Origin: Flavobacteriaceae bacterium
GTDB taxonomy: Bacteria > Bacteroidota > Bacteroidia > Flavobacteriales > Flavobacteriaceae
NCBI GenBank assembly: GCA_965659665.1
Contig: CBFHWU010000002.1
Coordinates: forward strand, 12,336 to 76,335
Length of the DNA: 64,000 nt
Direction of reading: 5' to 3'
The position numbers were made by a program, and so were the translations under genes. Shown one piece after another: positions 63,590-64,000 of the stretch. Within the stretch, counting starts at the first letter, position 1; every line of letters starts with the position of its first letter. The notes beneath the pieces were generated by a model. The model was not told where the DNA came from, searched no databases, and saw only the letters and a program-made list of their open reading frames with translations.

Positions 63590-63820
63590 GTTATTATTTT
63601 TTTGAATTCCTAAAGAATCAAAAGGATTCTTTATATTTTCAAACCCTTTTTTCGTAATATGTATAAAGTTTTCAGTGGTCTTGCTACTACTATGCCCTAA
63701 TAATTCTTGAATATATCCTATGTCTGTCCCTTGTTTAATTATGCGAGTAGTAGTAAGCGTACCTGTGTTTAAAGTTGCTAATCGTCGCCGGAATTCAGGA
63801 ATGAGTAGTAGGTTTTTCAT
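63563..63820 (-). pseudogene. tyrosine recombinase remnant 2 (more degraded)
   Basis: MKNLLLIPEF... then GTDIGYIQELLGHSSSKTTENFIHITKKGFENIKNPFDSL. It has the same N-terminal codons and C-terminal box as remnant 1 but is only 85 aa. Confidence 0.7.
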
Positions 63821-63911
63821 TACTAGAAAACAAAACTGGGGGGTTGTCTACCACTAAATTAGCAAAAAATTACCAACTCCCAAAATGTACATGCTGCTTT
63901 TCTCCCATGTT
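63808..63911 (-). repeat. 104-nt conserved leader of the recombinase module, copy 2
   Basis: Aligned by eye with 61221-61324, including the shared string ctggggggttgtcta and ccaaaatgtacatgctgcttttctc. Confidence 0.8.
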
Positions 63912-64000
63912 CCGCTATTATGTAATCCCATGTTTACATCAATTGCATAACCAAAACGGAACGAAAATCACCAACTGTGTCGCTCTGTACTAAGGAATCA

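Overview
This is an AT-rich chromosomal window that looks like Bacteroidota, probably Flavobacteriia. The indications are T9SS C-terminal sorting domains, a Bacteroidetes-style arginine operon, frequent TTG/GTG starts and no obvious Shine-Dalgarno use. From 1 to about 48.4 kb the window is a dense run of intact housekeeping genes. These include the minus-strand arg operon (GNAT-argG-argC-proC-argD-argF'-argB-argE-argH, with argH cut by the left edge), pabB, tilS and a DsbD-like protein. They also include a ComM/YifB ATPase, the ilvD-ilvB-ilvN-ilvC-ilvA operon followed by a GapN-like ALDH, dnaN, phoH, purC and miaA. Further on are a Kv-like K+ channel, a DnaQ-exonuclease/GIY-YIG fusion, yggS, pcm, smpB, clpB, two tandem ppk2 genes, phzF-family and outer-membrane proteins. 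From about 48.4 kb to the right edge the character changes abruptly. There, unrelated small genes sit almost all on the minus strand. They are a T9SS cargo protein, DUF1835, membrane proteins, an MBOAT pair, a GNAT, RtcB, an LRR-like protein, DUF2071, a tyrosinase, a second K+ channel and a lipoprotein. Interspersed with them are an IS110 remnant, two internally deleted tyrosine-recombinase remnants with a shared 104-nt leader and a terminal hairpin, a T9SS-domain remnant, and at least two frameshifted genes. The spacers carry imperfect palindromes built around recurring CTACA/TGTAG and GCTAAAC/GTTTAGC cores. Two 82-nt GC-rich self-folding direct repeats, 77/82 identical, bracket 12.7 kb of this region. 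My main hypothesis is an integron-like gene-cassette array or recombination hot spot driven by a tyrosine recombinase acting on folded sites. This needs covariance-model and comparative checks that I cannot run. I found no rRNA, tRNA or CRISPR array.
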